In this document: positions 41,230-41,438 of the stretch, piece by piece | Layout: the number at the start of each line of letters is the position of its first letter | Position numbering within the stretch: position 1 is the stretch's first letter | DNA from: an uncultured Thermodesulfovibrio sp. | GTDB lineage: Bacteria > Nitrospirota > Thermodesulfovibrionia > UBA6902 | NCBI GenBank assembly: GCA_964653915.1 | Contig: CAZZGC010000002.1 | Span: 1-41,438 of the forward strand | DNA length: 41,438 nt | Direction: 5' to 3' | Position numbers and translations under genes: made by a program | The notes under the pieces: model-generated | What the model saw: only the letters and a program-made list of their open reading frames with translations | What the model was told of the DNA's origin: nothing | Database searches by the model: none

Positions 41230-41438
41230 CTATGCGATTTGATTGAAGAAAAATAAAGACAAAAAAGAAAAAATAAGCTACAATACTGGGCATAGACATG
41301 CGGGACACATGTAGGATTTAGACAGCGGCTCTGTTCTCTTTTCATTCACACACTTCGATTAAAAAAAACAATAAAAAAGGGATAAAAAAGAACAAAGGAA
41401 ATAAAAGACAATTGATAACAATGCTACGCACTCGAATG

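Noticed and set aside
1-41438. Scan for CRISPR arrays, IS/transposase/integrase genes, tRNA/rRNA genes, toxin-antitoxin pairs and recognisable defence-system genes
   Set aside because: None found. The only repeats are the Lys/Ala-codon repeats in the H1-like gene, the heptamer array at 27211-27245 and short inverted repeats in intergenic regions.

Overview
This is a densely coding 41.4-kb chromosomal segment from a diderm bacterium (lpxC, a BepA-like M48 protease, two secretins). GC is roughly 50% by eye and clearly lower after ~39.85 kb. I found no rRNA, tRNA, CRISPR array, transposase or integrase. Content by region: (i) 1-7838 holds housekeeping genes: the gpsA 3' part, larB, larC, an HtrA/DegP-type protease, glutamine-dependent nadE, a small lipoprotein-like ORF coupled to a cheX-like gene, and ribD. 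(ii) 7897-19373 (minus strand) is a tightly packed type II secretion cluster in canonical order, gspC-D-E-F-G-H-I-J-K-L-M-N. Its secretin carries an unusual ~260-aa C-terminal extension: a subtilase-prodomain-like module, a Pro/Glu/Ser linker and a SPOR-like domain. (iii) 19413-28929 holds mixed genes: mtnP, tldD, lpxC, a Lys/Ala pentapeptide-repeat histone-H1-like protein, a wHTH regulator, an orphan AmmeMemoRadiSam-type radical SAM enzyme, a DtxR/FeoA regulator and a BepA-like M48/TPR protease. It also holds a receiver/LOV-like-PAS/kinase protein in which the receiver Asp, the LOV Cys and the kinase His all appear substituted. (iv) 29099-39843 (plus strand) is a second, differently organised T2SS-like cluster, gspD-E-F-G-H-I-J-K-L-M plus a terminal GspC/PilP-like gene. 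It has an MshEN-type c-di-GMP motif on the ATPase, a 516-aa PilM/PilN-like GspL, an Arg/Gln/Pro tail instead of a PDZ domain on the GspC-like protein, and no gspN. (v) 39844-41438 is an AT-richer tail with a long stem-rich leader, a DUF1566-like secreted protein whose PEP-CTERM sorting signal is split by an in-frame TGA, and a small membrane protein. Neither T2SS cluster encodes a prepilin peptidase. All functional calls rest on motif and architecture recognition by eye, with no database search run. I cannot tell from the sequence alone whether any of these features has been described before.
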